Source of the DNA: a virus
DNA: 64,000 nucleotides
Strand: one strand, 5' to 3'
Virus record (IMG/VR): IMGVR_UViG_3300034071_000380
Span: 1-64,000 of that record
Part shown: positions 47,617-57,585 of the stretch, piece by piece
Layout of the letters: the number at the start of each line of letters is the position of its first letter
How positions within the stretch are numbered: position 1 is the stretch's first letter
Program-made: the position numbers and the translations under genes
Notes under the pieces: generated by a model
What the model saw: the letters and a program-made list of their open reading frames with translations, nothing else
The model's database searches: none
What the model was told of the DNA's origin: nothing

Positions 47617-48689
47617 GATCCAGCACTCCATTTCAATACTACAACTGCACCGTTTCCACCAGATCCAGACTGTCTGTTATTCTGTGATGAAGCACATCCA
47701 CCACCGCCACATCCTGGTCCTCCACTGCTACCACTATTTCCACCACCATCATTAAATCCATTACCAACTCCACCACCAGCGCCTCCTGCACTTAATCCAG
47801 GAAGTCCAGATCCGCCAGCACCACCTGTTCTGCCATCATTGCTAGCGCTCCAGTTTACTGCTCCACCGCCACCACCAAGATATCCAGGATATGCTGGAGA
47901 ATAAATTGTTGAAGGAATAGTGTATGTTCCACCAGAACCGCCAGAGTTGGCGCCAGAATTCATGGCATTGTTACCCTTACCACCGTTTGCAGCTCCAGAA
48001 CCACCCAAACCATTATTAGTATTGTTTGATCCACCAACTTGTCCACCAGTACCTCCATTAGCACTTAAAACATTACCAAACGTAGTTGCTCCACCAGTAC
48101 CACCGCTAGAATTTGATCCACCGAGTTGTGAAACTCCACCAGAACCTACAGTGATAACATAATTTCCAGCAGTAGTAATTGGTGTATTTGTAAGTGCTGC
48201 AAAACCACTGCCTCCACCGCCACCGCCACCGCTTGCTCCTGGTCCACCTCCGCCACCAGCACCGATTGCTATACAATGCATAGATTCTCCAGCACCTAAT
48301 GTTATTGTTGTACTAGACGTATATGCTGTTAAAGTTCCAATAGATTGCGTTGAATATGAACCAAGTGGCAAAATTGAAAAAACTACATTTGATGTGCTGG
48401 CACGAAACTGAAGTCTTGTAGCATTTGACGGAACAGACAACTGAACTGTGCCGCTTGATGTTTGTCCACTTGTTACAAAAGATCCATCAGATGCATAAAA
48501 TGCTACATAAGTAATTACAGAAGTAGCACAGTTTATAAGGTATGACCCAGCAGGGGCAGTATATGAAACATATGATGGTGTTGTTTGAGCAGTATAATAT
48601 CTTGGTGTTGATGATGGTATTTGAGCAACAACTGCTGTTGCTATTGTTTCCGCTGAAGGCGGTTGAAAACTTGATAAATTAATTGGCAT
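47613..48689 (-). CDS. Gly-rich fibre/receptor-binding-like protein
   Basis: CIAIGAGGGGG...GGNGAVVVLKW terminal domain; TAATG-coupled start. Confidence 0.7.
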   Translation of the reverse strand: MPINLSSFQPPSAETIATAVVAQIPSSTPRYYTAQTTPSYVSYTAPAGSYLINCATSVITYVAFYASDGSFVTSGQTSSGTVQLSVPSNATRLQFRASTSNVVFSILPLGSYSTQSIGTLTAYTSSTTITLGAGESMHCIAIGAGGGGGPGASGGGGGGGSGFAALTNTPITTAGNYVITVGSGGVSQLGGSNSSGGTGGATTFGNVLSANGGTGGQVGGSNNTNNGLGGSGAANGGKGNNAMNSGANSGGSGGTYTIPSTIYSPAYPGYLGGGGGAVNWSASNDGRTGGAGGSGLPGLSAGGAGGGVGNGFNDGGGNSGSSGGPGCGGGGCASSQNNRQSGSGGNGAVVVLKWSAGS

Positions 48690-49201
48690 TAAAACATTCT
48701 CCATCCATATGTTGCATCTGTATATACAAAATAAACTACTCCGCCATTAACATCTATTATAGCATTATCTGCTATTCCGTTAATTAAATTTGAATTTCTT
48801 AAAATTGTAATATTGTTTGTTGCCGCCAAATTTTTTGCATCAAATATTTGAATTTCTGCTCCAGCTGTAGGTGAAGCAGGCAAAGTTAGTGATCTTGCTG
48901 CTGTTGTATCTACCAAATATCTTGTTCCAGCAACTAATGTAATATCTGAATTAATTGAAGAATTTATAAAAGATGCTGGGCCTGTTTCTCCAATTGTACC
49001 TTGTGTTCCAGTTGTTCCTTGAGCACCAGTTGTACCTTGAGCTCCAGTAGTTCCCTGTAGGCCCGTAGAGCCCTGTGTACCAGTTGCTCCTTGTGTACCA
49101 GCGGTTCCTTGTGTACCAATGGTTCCTTGTGCACCAACAGTTGAGGCGGTGCCAACAGTCTGCCAAGCACTTCCATCCCATACTTTAATTAATTTAGCCA
49201 T
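48689..49201 (-). CDS. fibre adaptor-like protein with short collagen segment
   Basis: GAQ/GTQ repeats followed by the same LTLPASP...YGW domain as 41461 and 46795. Confidence 0.7.
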   Translation of the reverse strand: MAKLIKVWDGSAWQTVGTASTVGAQGTIGTQGTAGTQGATGTQGSTGLQGTTGAQGTTGAQGTTGTQGTIGETGPASFINSSINSDITLVAGTRYLVDTTAARSLTLPASPTAGAEIQIFDAKNLAATNNITILRNSNLINGIADNAIIDVNGGVVYFVYTDATYGWRMF

Positions 49202-49425
49202 TAGTTACCACCCAACAATAATTGTGCTTCTTCTTCTGTGATGCCAAGTTTGGTTAGAAGCGCGGCTTTATCGGCTGCTTTACGAGTTGCTTCGGCTTGC
49301 TCTGCTAACAATTTATCTTCAATTTGTTTCGTGTCTGTTTCCCATTGTTTTAATTCGTCAGCAGACATTTCACGTTCAATTTCTAAACCTGTCGCAGCAT
49401 CTAATTCTTTAACTAATAGTTCCAT
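49201..49425 (-). CDS. small helical protein (EREM motif; putative chaperone)
   Basis: Start revised to MELLVK (TAATG); [10 protein letters not shown]...[12 protein letters not shown]. Confidence 0.6.
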   Translation of the reverse strand: MELLVKELDAATGLEIEREMSADELKQWETDTKQIEDKLLAEQAEATRKAADKAALLTKLGITEEEAQLLLGGN

Positions 49426-50342
49426 TAACTTACTCCATATACTGAGAATGTTCCACCTGACCAATTTGTGCCAGGAATTAAAGCAGTAACGCTAGAAATC
49501 GCACTTGAACCTATGTAAGTTCCAGTCGTCTGTGTAGTTAAAACTTCATTTCCGCTATTCATTGAATAGGCACTTCCTTCTAAATATCTTGGAGAAGTGC
49601 TTGCGTAGTTGTAGATATTAAGCACCAAGTTAAGATTTTTTCCAGCAGTAACAGACGTAAGTGTGCGAGTTCGAATTTCCAATGAAGTTGCATTTACACT
49701 ATCGTTTCTAAAAAAGGCGTAACTATTTGTTGCTTCGGTTTGTCCATAAAGTGTTTTATTGTTGTAGTTAGAACCTGTATCGCCACTAAATCTTAAAGCC
49801 ATTGGATAGTCGGAAGATACGCTATATGCTCTTTCGATTAAAATCATTAGATGTTTGTAAGTGCTTGGAATTGAACTTATCGTTACTGACGCACCACTTA
49901 AACTGGAACTACCAATCAAAGTCATTCCGCCACTTGAAACCGTTGTCCACTCTGGCGCAGTTGCGCCTGAATTGACTGCCAAAACTTGACCAGCCGTTCC
50001 AATGCCTAAACGTGCAGGTGTTGAACTACTTGATGAGTAGATCGTGTCACCTGTTGTGGTCATTGGGTTGGTCATACCCGCCGCTGCAGGTGTTGCCCAA
50101 GTAGGAACTCCTGCTGAAACTTTTAATATCTGGTCTGTACTTCCAATTCCGAGTCTAGCTGGGGTATTAGCAGATGATGCATATATAATATCGCCTGTAG
50201 TTGTAGTAAGTGTTTTTTGAACATATTCAGTATGTGGATTAGAAGCGGCGGAATGATTAGAAACAGCAGTAGCTACTTCAACATCTGTCCCCAAAACTGA
50301 AGATGCTGTTAATATACTTGCTAAATCTCTAACTCTAGACAT
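49425..50342 (-). CDS. fibre-like virion protein
   Basis: Two TTTGD.IY.SS..TPARLGIG repeats; GMTLI...SSIPSTYKHL beta-sandwich tip. Confidence 0.7.
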   Translation of the reverse strand: MSRVRDLASILTASSVLGTDVEVATAVSNHSAASNPHTEYVQKTLTTTTGDIIYASSANTPARLGIGSTDQILKVSAGVPTWATPAAAGMTNPMTTTGDTIYSSSSSTPARLGIGTAGQVLAVNSGATAPEWTTVSSGGMTLIGSSSLSGASVTISSIPSTYKHLMILIERAYSVSSDYPMALRFSGDTGSNYNNKTLYGQTEATNSYAFFRNDSVNATSLEIRTRTLTSVTAGKNLNLVLNIYNYASTSPRYLEGSAYSMNSGNEVLTTQTTGTYIGSSAISSVTALIPGTNWSGGTFSVYGVS

Positions 50343-50406
50343 TTATTCTCCTTATAACTAATATTTAATTATTTAAAAAACTAAACTATCATATACTTTA
50401 ACAATT

Positions 50407-50526
50407 TTAGTCATCAGTTGATTCCTCTAAATCAAGAAGATATTGAGCATATTCTTCGTCATTCATCTCACGAACAATCTCTTCTTGAGTTTGGCAATTA
50501 ATAATTACTACATTAGGTCTTGTCAT
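50407..50526 (-). CDS. 39-aa protein (MTRPNVVIINCQTQEEIVREMNDEEYAQYL...)
   Basis: Read manually; TAATG-coupled; similar to the N-terminus of 49201..49425. Confidence 0.6.
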   Translation of the reverse strand: MTRPNVVIINCQTQEEIVREMNDEEYAQYLLDLEESTDD

Positions 50527-51092
50527 TAGTTTGCTCCATAAAGTGCTAGTCCGCCAGCAGTACCACCGTAACCAGTCGAATTAAGAGTTAAGGTTAATGA
50601 TGTTATCTCGCTAGTATTTTTCCAAGTTCCCCAGTTTTCAGTTTGATGTTCGCCTTGTGAAGAATTTATATAAGAACCATGTGACGCAATGCTCTTGTAT
50701 GGAAGAGATGTATTTACGTCAAAAATATCAACCCAACCACCTGGATGTGTATAACCATTAGTTGGGCTATAGTAAGAAAGATAAAAGGCATCAGAATTAG
50801 TATATGAAGTTATTGCAAAACTACTACCGCCACTAAGAATTCCTTTTTGCATATGTGTATAACCACTGTTAGACGAATTAAATGTTACTTTAATATTGCT
50901 GCCACCTTGATATTCTCTAACTAAAAGCCTTAGATATCTGTAACCAGAAATAGAACTAAATGTGACGGTAGCACCTGTTGACGTGCTAGAGGTTATAAGT
51001 TCCCAGCTAGGTTCACCAGAAGACCAGCCTGCTGATGTTCCATCTGCTACTGAAATACCAGATGAAGGAGCAGGAAATACTGCAATACCCAT
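50526..51092 (-). CDS. fibre-tip-like beta-sandwich protein
   Basis: WELI...VTFSSISGYRYLRL...ITSLTL...LYG, paralogous to the tip of 49425..50342. Confidence 0.6.
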   Translation of the reverse strand: MGIAVFPAPSSGISVADGTSAGWSSGEPSWELITSSTSTGATVTFSSISGYRYLRLLVREYQGGSNIKVTFNSSNSGYTHMQKGILSGGSSFAITSYTNSDAFYLSYYSPTNGYTHPGGWVDIFDVNTSLPYKSIASHGSYINSSQGEHQTENWGTWKNTSEITSLTLTLNSTGYGGTAGGLALYGAN

Positions 51093-51093
51093 A

Positions 51094-51399
51094 TTATGAT
51101 ACCTCCATACCTGAAATGTGAAAGTTAACAGATGTTGCAGATGCTCCACCAGTAATAGTATTTGTAGTAGCAAGTACTTGCTTTAGATCAATATATGCCG
51201 TTGAGTTTGCTGCAATAGCTGCAGTTGTATGAATTGCAGTACCTGCTAAAGCAAGTGTGAATGTCTGAGCAGAGCCAGATGTATTAGTAACAGCAATGTT
51301 GGTTACAACTGTTGTTGTAGAAGACGGTACTGTATATAATGTTGTTGCTGTATTTGTTGTTGCTGCTCCCCTGAACAGTGCTTTTGCTGTATTTGGCAT
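51094..51399 (-). CDS. small beta-sandwich virion protein
   Basis: TLYTVPS...VTNIAVTN...ISGMEV pattern. Confidence 0.6.
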   Translation of the reverse strand: MPNTAKALFRGAATTNTATTLYTVPSSTTTVVTNIAVTNTSGSAQTFTLALAGTAIHTTAAIAANSTAYIDLKQVLATTNTITGGASATSVNFHISGMEVS

Positions 51400-52172
51400 T
51401 AGTAGGCTCCCATTATATTTGCTATTTCTATATCATTAACTCTTGTAATTGTAGCATATGTTGATGCTGCAGTTGAAGATGTTAGATAAGATGATAAATC
51501 AATTGTGGCCCAAGATGAGATTGTGCCATTTGTTGTTAAATACTTGCCGCTATTCCCAGTCTGGGAAGGAACGGCAACCAAAATTGCTGAGTTAATTTCT
51601 GCTTGTGTATATGTATTTACTGAATTTAAATTAGTTACTGTTACTACTTCTACTATATCATTAACCGCCGCCCCAGATGCTAGTGTAATTGTATTTGAAT
51701 TAGAAGTTGTATAGTCGGAGGTGCGAAGTAAAAGCATTCCATTAAAAAATACCTGCTCATATCCATCTATAAATGAAACGTCAGTAGTAAATACTGTTTG
51801 TGCTGCAGTAGCAGTAAATGCTTGTCTGCGAATAATATTTGTGTCAAATGCTACATCTGTAGAATCAGAGTCAATCCATACTTGTCCAGTTACTGGAGAA
51901 GTTGGTTCTGATGTTTGATAAGCTGTAGATAAAACTTGATTCCATTGTGTAGTTGTACCATTTGTTTGTAGGTAGTAATTTGTGTTATTTGTTTGAAGGG
52001 GTAGCAAGGCATTTAAAGCGTTTCCAGCAGTTGTCTGTCCTGTTCCACCCTCTGAAATTGAAAGGGTAGCAGAAGAGCTTATAACGCCAGATGAATCAGT
52101 TTTTACAATTCCCGCTGTAGATAGTGCGGGAATAACTAATCCATTCTTTACCTTAAAGTCTTTATTAGACAT
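51399..52172 (-). CDS. fibre/baseplate-like protein (KDFKVK family N-terminus)
   Basis: SNKDFKVKNGL; FTATAAQTVF...VFFNG...DYT module. Confidence 0.6.
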   Translation of the reverse strand: MSNKDFKVKNGLVIPALSTAGIVKTDSSGVISSSATLSISEGGTGQTTAGNALNALLPLQTNNTNYYLQTNGTTTQWNQVLSTAYQTSEPTSPVTGQVWIDSDSTDVAFDTNIIRRQAFTATAAQTVFTTDVSFIDGYEQVFFNGMLLLRTSDYTTSNSNTITLASGAAVNDIVEVVTVTNLNSVNTYTQAEINSAILVAVPSQTGNSGKYLTTNGTISSWATIDLSSYLTSSTAASTYATITRVNDIEIANIMGAY

Positions 52173-52182
52173 TAATTACCCC

Positions 52183-54000
52183 TTAAAGTACTACTTTGCT
52201 GAATTTAACCGTTACGTTATTTGTTGCTGCATCTGTTACAGTTACCTGCAATACTGCATTTGTTGAAGATACTGCTGCTGAAACAACTACTCCTGCAATT
52301 GTTCCACCCGTTTCTGTAATTGCAAACTCTGTCATATCTACAGATGTTCCATCTGTTTGAACAAGGACCTTAGATGTTCTTGTTTTATTATTTGTAGCCT
52401 GCTTTAATGAAACCATATATTCAATTGATGTAAATGCTGACAATGCTGTGGTATCTACAGTTTCTATTGTATTTCCAGTAACAGTGTCTGTTCCAGTTAC
52501 AATTGGTACTACTAATGTTCCCCATGAAGCAGATGTTCCATCTGTTGTTAGGTACTTACCTGAATTTCCTGATTGAGAAGGAAGACTGATTGGTGCTGCC
52601 GCCCACTCAACTCCATTAGTTGCAGATGAGTTTGCTGTAAGCAAATAACCGTTTGTACCAACGGCAAGCTTGGCGGGAGTATTATCAGCTGAAGCAACTA
52701 AAATATCTCCCTTTGTGTCAAATAATGACTCATCTACCTTGCCGTCTAATTGTGTTTGAATTGCTGAAGTTACACCGTCTACATAATTTAGCTCTGTTGT
52801 AGACAAAGTTGCACCGTCAAGAATATTTAATTCTGTTGAAGTTGATGTAAGATCTACGTTTTCATTAACCTTTGGCAGAGTCAAAGTCTTATTTGTAAGA
52901 GTTTCTGCAGTATCCTTTAATAGTGTACCATTTAAATATAATGACTTTCCTGAAGCAAGATTGATATGCTCTGATGAAGTCCATGCGTCTGTGGCATCAA
53001 CCCAATTGAAAGTTTTATCTGTTGCTCCCTTTAGAGTTATTCCGCCGCCATCTGCTGTAGCATCTGATGGGGTAGCTACTGATCCTAGTTCAATATTTTT
53101 ATCATCAACAGATATTGTTGTTGAATTTAATGTTGTAGTAGTTCCATTAACTGTTAGGTCTCCAGAAAGCGTTAAGCTTGTTCCAGAAACGGCTCCTGTA
53201 AATGTTGCTCCAGATAATGAAGCCTTATTATCAATCTGTGTTTGAATTGCTGAAGTAACTCCATCTACATAATTTAATTCTGTTGTAGATAAAGTTGCGC
53301 CGTCTAGAATGTTTAATTCTGTAGATGTTGCTAATAGCTCTACGTTTTCATTAATTTTAGGAGATGTGAGAGTCTTGTTTGTTAAAGTATCTGTTGTTGC
53401 TTTTCCAACAAGTGTGTCTGTTGCATCTGGTAATGTTACTGTACGATCTTCTGTAGGCTCTCCTGCTACAAGTGTAGTCTCATATGAATCTGCAACTGCG
53501 CCTTCAAATACGATGCTTGCATCAGATAAATATAATCCAGAAATTGTTGGGCTTGTTAAGGTCTTATTTGTTAGTGTATTTGTTGAATCTGCCAATACTA
53601 CTGTACCAGTAGCATCTGGGAATGTAATTGTTCTATCTGCTGTTGGATCTGTAAATACTACAGTTGTTTCATTTGTATTATCTGTTGTACCCTCTACAAT
53701 GAATCCTGGACCTAGAATTAATGCATTTCCAGAATTATCCATTTGGACAAGTCCGCCTTTTACGTTAATATCTTCTGATAGTACATAATCTCCAAGAGCT
53801 GATGTAAGACCTGCTGGGGTTACGTTTACATAGGATGAAATACTATTCCATGCTGTTCCAACAGTTGGGGCATTTACTGCAGGACCAAGCTTAAATTTAC
53901 CTGTATCTATTTCAATACCCATTTCACCTGGATATAGTAGTGGATTATTTGTTGTCCAGTTACTTGCGGTGTCTCTTCTTAATTGAATTCTAATTGCCAT
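52183..54000 (-). CDS. fibre protein with Mtd_N/hyaluronidase-like N-terminus
   Basis: IQLRRDTASNW...GEMGIEIDTGKFKLG; TLTNKTLT repeats; duplicated STELNILDG...VTSAIQTQ block. Confidence 0.75.
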   Translation of the reverse strand: MAIRIQLRRDTASNWTTNNPLLYPGEMGIEIDTGKFKLGPAVNAPTVGTAWNSISSYVNVTPAGLTSALGDYVLSEDINVKGGLVQMDNSGNALILGPGFIVEGTTDNTNETTVVFTDPTADRTITFPDATGTVVLADSTNTLTNKTLTSPTISGLYLSDASIVFEGAVADSYETTLVAGEPTEDRTVTLPDATDTLVGKATTDTLTNKTLTSPKINENVELLATSTELNILDGATLSTTELNYVDGVTSAIQTQIDNKASLSGATFTGAVSGTSLTLSGDLTVNGTTTTLNSTTISVDDKNIELGSVATPSDATADGGGITLKGATDKTFNWVDATDAWTSSEHINLASGKSLYLNGTLLKDTAETLTNKTLTLPKVNENVDLTSTSTELNILDGATLSTTELNYVDGVTSAIQTQLDGKVDESLFDTKGDILVASADNTPAKLAVGTNGYLLTANSSATNGVEWAAAPISLPSQSGNSGKYLTTDGTSASWGTLVVPIVTGTDTVTGNTIETVDTTALSAFTSIEYMVSLKQATNNKTRTSKVLVQTDGTSVDMTEFAITETGGTIAGVVVSAAVSSTNAVLQVTVTDAATNNVTVKFSKVVL

Positions 54001-54001
54001 T

Positions 54002-54301
54002 TTATGCTGTTCCCCCATCTATTGAATCATTAAATACTGTTGTTGCTCCCCCGCCATTTATTGAAACTACATAATCAGTATTTTCTGCGTAATTTCCATA
54101 ATCAACGGTTCTAATTCCTCCATCTGTGTAGTGTGTATGGTCCAAAATTGCTTTTGGACCAGCCACATCATACCAAATTTCTCCGTTATACGCCTTAATA
54201 GTTCTTTCTTCTGTATTATAATACATTTGTCCAGTTATTGGATTAGATGGCGCTGTTGCCATATTAACCAATACTATCGGAGTTAAGAACTTTTTGGCCA
54301 T
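54002..54301 (-). CDS. small virion protein
   Basis: APSNPITGQMYYNT motif shared with the N-terminus of 54304..57117. Confidence 0.6.
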   Translation of the reverse strand: MAKKFLTPIVLVNMATAPSNPITGQMYYNTEERTIKAYNGEIWYDVAGPKAILDHTHYTDGGIRTVDYGNYAENTDYVVSINGGGATTVFNDSIDGGTA

Positions 54302-54303
54302 GT

Positions 54304-57117
54304 TTATGCCTGTACTACTACTCTGTATGTTTCTCCTGAAACAGGAGCTACTGCAAATCCGATAGTTACTGCAGTTGTTGTAATTCTTGTAATATCTGTC
54401 TCAACTTTAGCACCTGTACTTACTTCATACACAGAAACTTGAATATCTAATGTATCAAGACCGTGTGTGATTGCAAATTCTGTTGCGCTAAATGGATTTG
54501 TTGGTGTGATAGTAGTTGCATACTTGCGTACTACAACTGCTGTATTAATTGCTACATCATCAGCATTTACTGTAATACCTGTTCCAGCGCCAACATTAAA
54601 TGTTGTTCCAGATTGTGTAAGACCAGAACCTGCTGTAAATGCTCCAGCTCCTGAGAACTGTGTAAATGTTAATGCTGTTGTGCCTAATGTTATTGCATCA
54701 TCTGTTGTAAGAACCCAGCCTGTGTTTCCATTTACTGTACCTTCTGATACAAATGTAAACATTCCTGCTGTAACTTCTGCACTTATATTTGCATCTTCTG
54801 CACGATCTGGTGCTCCAGATTCCTTTACAACGTAGATACCATTTTCAGAAGCAGTTGCTTGATTCTTAACAAGCACACGGTTACCAGTAACAAGAGTTAC
54901 TCCGTCAAGAGTATCCCCATTTTCAAGTGCTGAAGCTAATGTTACTGATTCAGTAGTTGCTACACGAACTGATGCCTTAACATCTAATCCACTTGCAGTT
55001 GCATCTACATAAGCCTTTGTTGCAATTGTTGTTGTATCAACTGTTAGTTCGCCGCCACCTGAAAGTGATAGACCTGAACCAACGCTTAGGATTCCAGCGT
55101 TAGAGCCTTGTGTTCCTTGAGCACCAACAGTTCCTTGGGCTCCAGTGGTTCCTTGTGTACCTTCAGTTCCCTGAGTACCAACAGTACCTTGTGTACCATC
55201 AGTTCCTTGAGTTCCTTGTGAACCTACTGTACCCTGAACGCCTGTCTCTCCTTGAGTACCTTGCGCTCCAAGTGTTCCTTGAACACCTTGAGTGCCTTGT
55301 GCTCCAGTGGTTCCTTGTGTACCTTCAGTTCCTTGAGTTCCTTGTGTACCTTCAGCACCCTGGGCGCCTAAAGTTCCCTGAGTTCCTTGTGTACCTTCAG
55401 TTCCTTGAACACCCTGAGCTCCAAGAGTACCTTGTGTACCTTGGGCACCAACGTCACCAGTTCGGGCAAAAGTTAGTAGGACATCGTCTTCGTCTGTGAA
55501 TGAACCAGAACCAGAAAGGTATGTAATATCAATGTCAAAGTAAGTAGCATTATCAACCATTGAGTTGATTGCGTACATAGCAAACACTGAACTGTTTGAC
55601 TTAAGCGAAATCTTTACATGACCCTTAATTGTTGATGTAGAATCATCAATTGTTTGTAGGTATTGATGTATGTCTGTTGATGCAGAGTTGATATCATCAA
55701 TTGCAAGATGTGTTGCAGAAGATGGGGCAGCGTTAAGGCGAATGTATGTATTGCCTGGGTCTGCCATGGTTGTAGAATCATCGTAGTTGTACTCAAATGT
55801 AACACCACCGAATGAACCTTCAAGACCTTGTGCGCCTTGTGTACCATCTGTTCCTTGGGTTCCCTGTGCACCAGTAGTTCCTTGAGCACCTAGAGTGCCT
55901 TGTGTACCTTGTGCACCTTCTGTACCCTGTGTACCTTGAGAACCAACAGTTCCCTGTGTACCTTGAGAACCAACGGATCCTTGAACTCCTTGTGTACCAT
56001 CTGTACCCTGAGTTCCTTGTGAACCAACTGAACCTTGTGTACCCTCTGTTCCTTGTGAACCTACTGTACCTTGGGCACCAAGGGTTCCCTGAGTACCCTG
56101 CGTTCCTTCGGTTCCTTGAACGCCCTGAGCTCCAAGAGTACCTTGAGTTCCTTGTGCGCCAACATCACCTGTACGAGCAAATGTAAATAGTACTGCTTCT
56201 CCATCGGTAAATGTTCCATTGCCAGATACGTAAGCAACGTCTACGTCAAACCAATTTGGTGCTGAGTCTGTAAGACCAGAAATTGTGTAGAGTGCGAAGA
56301 CAGATGCATCAAACTTCTTGGATACTTTTACGTGACCCTTGATAGTTGATGTTGAGTCATCAATTGTTTGTAAAAAGTTAGAAATGTCGTAGTTGCCATC
56401 GGATGGATTATCATCTAGTGCGATGTGTGTAACTAAAGTTAAATTTGCATTATTTAGACGAGCATTATTATCGCCTGGGTCTGACATTGTTGTGTTATTA
56501 GAATAATTGTATCCAACTGTAATACCGCCGAATGAACCTTCAGCTCCTTGAGTACCTTGAATTCCATCAAGACCTTGTGCGCCCTGTGTACCTTGAGTAC
56601 CTTGCGCTCCTAATGTTCCTTGTGTGCCTTGTGAACCTTCTGTTCCCTGTGTGCCCTGTGAACCAACTGTACCTTGTACTCCGTTAGAACCATCTAAACC
56701 TTGAGCACCAGCTGTTCCCTGAGAACCAACAGTTCCTTGTGCGCCTTCTGCACCTTGTGCACCAACTGTACCTTGTGTTCCGTTAGAGCCATCTAAGCCT
56801 TGAGCACCATCAGTTCCCTGAGAACCAACAGTTCCCTGTGAACCGACTGCACCTTGTGCGCCGACTGTACCTTGTGCGCCTACTGTACCTTGTGCGCCTT
56901 CTGTACCTTGTGCGCCAAGAGTGCCTTGTGTACCTTGTGCGCCTGTGCTAGTGTTTATCCATGCACTACCGTTCCATGAACGTAAATATCCAAGTACTGT
57001 ATCAAAATAGATTTGACCAACAACTGGTGATGCTGGTGCTGTTGATAAATTTTGAATTCTGGCATTCTGTAACTCATTTTTATTGAGGTCAATGCCTACT
57101 ACAAATTTTCTTGCCAT
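54304..57117 (-). CDS. long collagen-like fibre protein
   Basis: Three GAQ/GTQ collagen tracts, two duplicated globular inserts, ASVRVATT...RVLVKNQ...NGIYV domain. Confidence 0.85.
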   Translation of the reverse strand: MARKFVVGIDLNKNELQNARIQNLSTAPASPVVGQIYFDTVLGYLRSWNGSAWINTSTGAQGTQGTLGAQGTEGAQGTVGAQGTVGAQGAVGSQGTVGSQGTDGAQGLDGSNGTQGTVGAQGAEGAQGTVGSQGTAGAQGLDGSNGVQGTVGSQGTQGTEGSQGTQGTLGAQGTQGTQGAQGLDGIQGTQGAEGSFGGITVGYNYSNNTTMSDPGDNNARLNNANLTLVTHIALDDNPSDGNYDISNFLQTIDDSTSTIKGHVKVSKKFDASVFALYTISGLTDSAPNWFDVDVAYVSGNGTFTDGEAVLFTFARTGDVGAQGTQGTLGAQGVQGTEGTQGTQGTLGAQGTVGSQGTEGTQGSVGSQGTQGTDGTQGVQGSVGSQGTQGTVGSQGTQGTEGAQGTQGTLGAQGTTGAQGTQGTDGTQGAQGLEGSFGGVTFEYNYDDSTTMADPGNTYIRLNAAPSSATHLAIDDINSASTDIHQYLQTIDDSTSTIKGHVKISLKSNSSVFAMYAINSMVDNATYFDIDITYLSGSGSFTDEDDVLLTFARTGDVGAQGTQGTLGAQGVQGTEGTQGTQGTLGAQGAEGTQGTQGTEGTQGTTGAQGTQGVQGTLGAQGTQGETGVQGTVGSQGTQGTDGTQGTVGTQGTEGTQGTTGAQGTVGAQGTQGSNAGILSVGSGLSLSGGGELTVDTTTIATKAYVDATASGLDVKASVRVATTESVTLASALENGDTLDGVTLVTGNRVLVKNQATASENGIYVVKESGAPDRAEDANISAEVTAGMFTFVSEGTVNGNTGWVLTTDDAITLGTTALTFTQFSGAGAFTAGSGLTQSGTTFNVGAGTGITVNADDVAINTAVVVRKYATTITPTNPFSATEFAITHGLDTLDIQVSVYEVSTGAKVETDITRITTTAVTIGFAVAPVSGETYRVVVQA

Positions 57118-57129
57118 TTTTTTTTCTCC

Positions 57130-57585
57130 TTATGACAGGTAAGCTGTCCCTCCGAATGGTTGAGCCATCGTAAGTGTTATTTGGTTAAGACTATTATAGT
57201 CTATTCCTGTTTCTAATATATTTCCTGCACTATCCTTAATTGTTACATTAGGATAGAAACCTAAATTGTGTGCTATTACCTTTGAATAAACTTCACTTAC
57301 TGGGCCTGTTACGGACCCAATTTCCCATGTTACTGTGTGTGCGTAATTTCCAGCAGCTGCTGCACCCAAAGTAACTGTCTGTGCGCCGACCCATGTTGAA
57401 TCTGATAGCTTTGGGCCATAAAATATTTTTGATACTGTGTCGTAGTAATAATCGTCTTGTAGTCCAAGGTTGTTTGCTGGTGCCCCAGATCCATTTAATA
57501 TTGTTTTTCCTCTTGCACCTTGTGGGCCAGGGACTGTTACTGTAACTTGATTTCTAGATGATAAAGATGTTACTATGTTTGTCAT
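57130..57585 (-). CDS. virion structural protein
   Basis: GPQGARG, HNLGFYPNVT, GTAYLS motifs. Confidence 0.6.
   Translation of the reverse strand: MTNIVTSLSSRNQVTVTVPGPQGARGKTILNGSGAPANNLGLQDDYYYDTVSKIFYGPKLSDSTWVGAQTVTLGAAAAGNYAHTVTWEIGSVTGPVSEVYSKVIAHNLGFYPNVTIKDSAGNILETGIDYNSLNQITLTMAQPFGGTAYLS

Noticed and set aside
52183-54000. Diversity-generating retroelement suggested by the Mtd_N-like domain
   Set aside because: No reverse transcriptase and no template/variable repeat pair with adenine-specific mismatches is visible; the domain is a generic fibre N-terminus.
34975-57000. CRISPR-like arrays in the periodic repeats
   Set aside because: The repeats are in-frame collagen codons (9/18-bp period) with no unique spacers.
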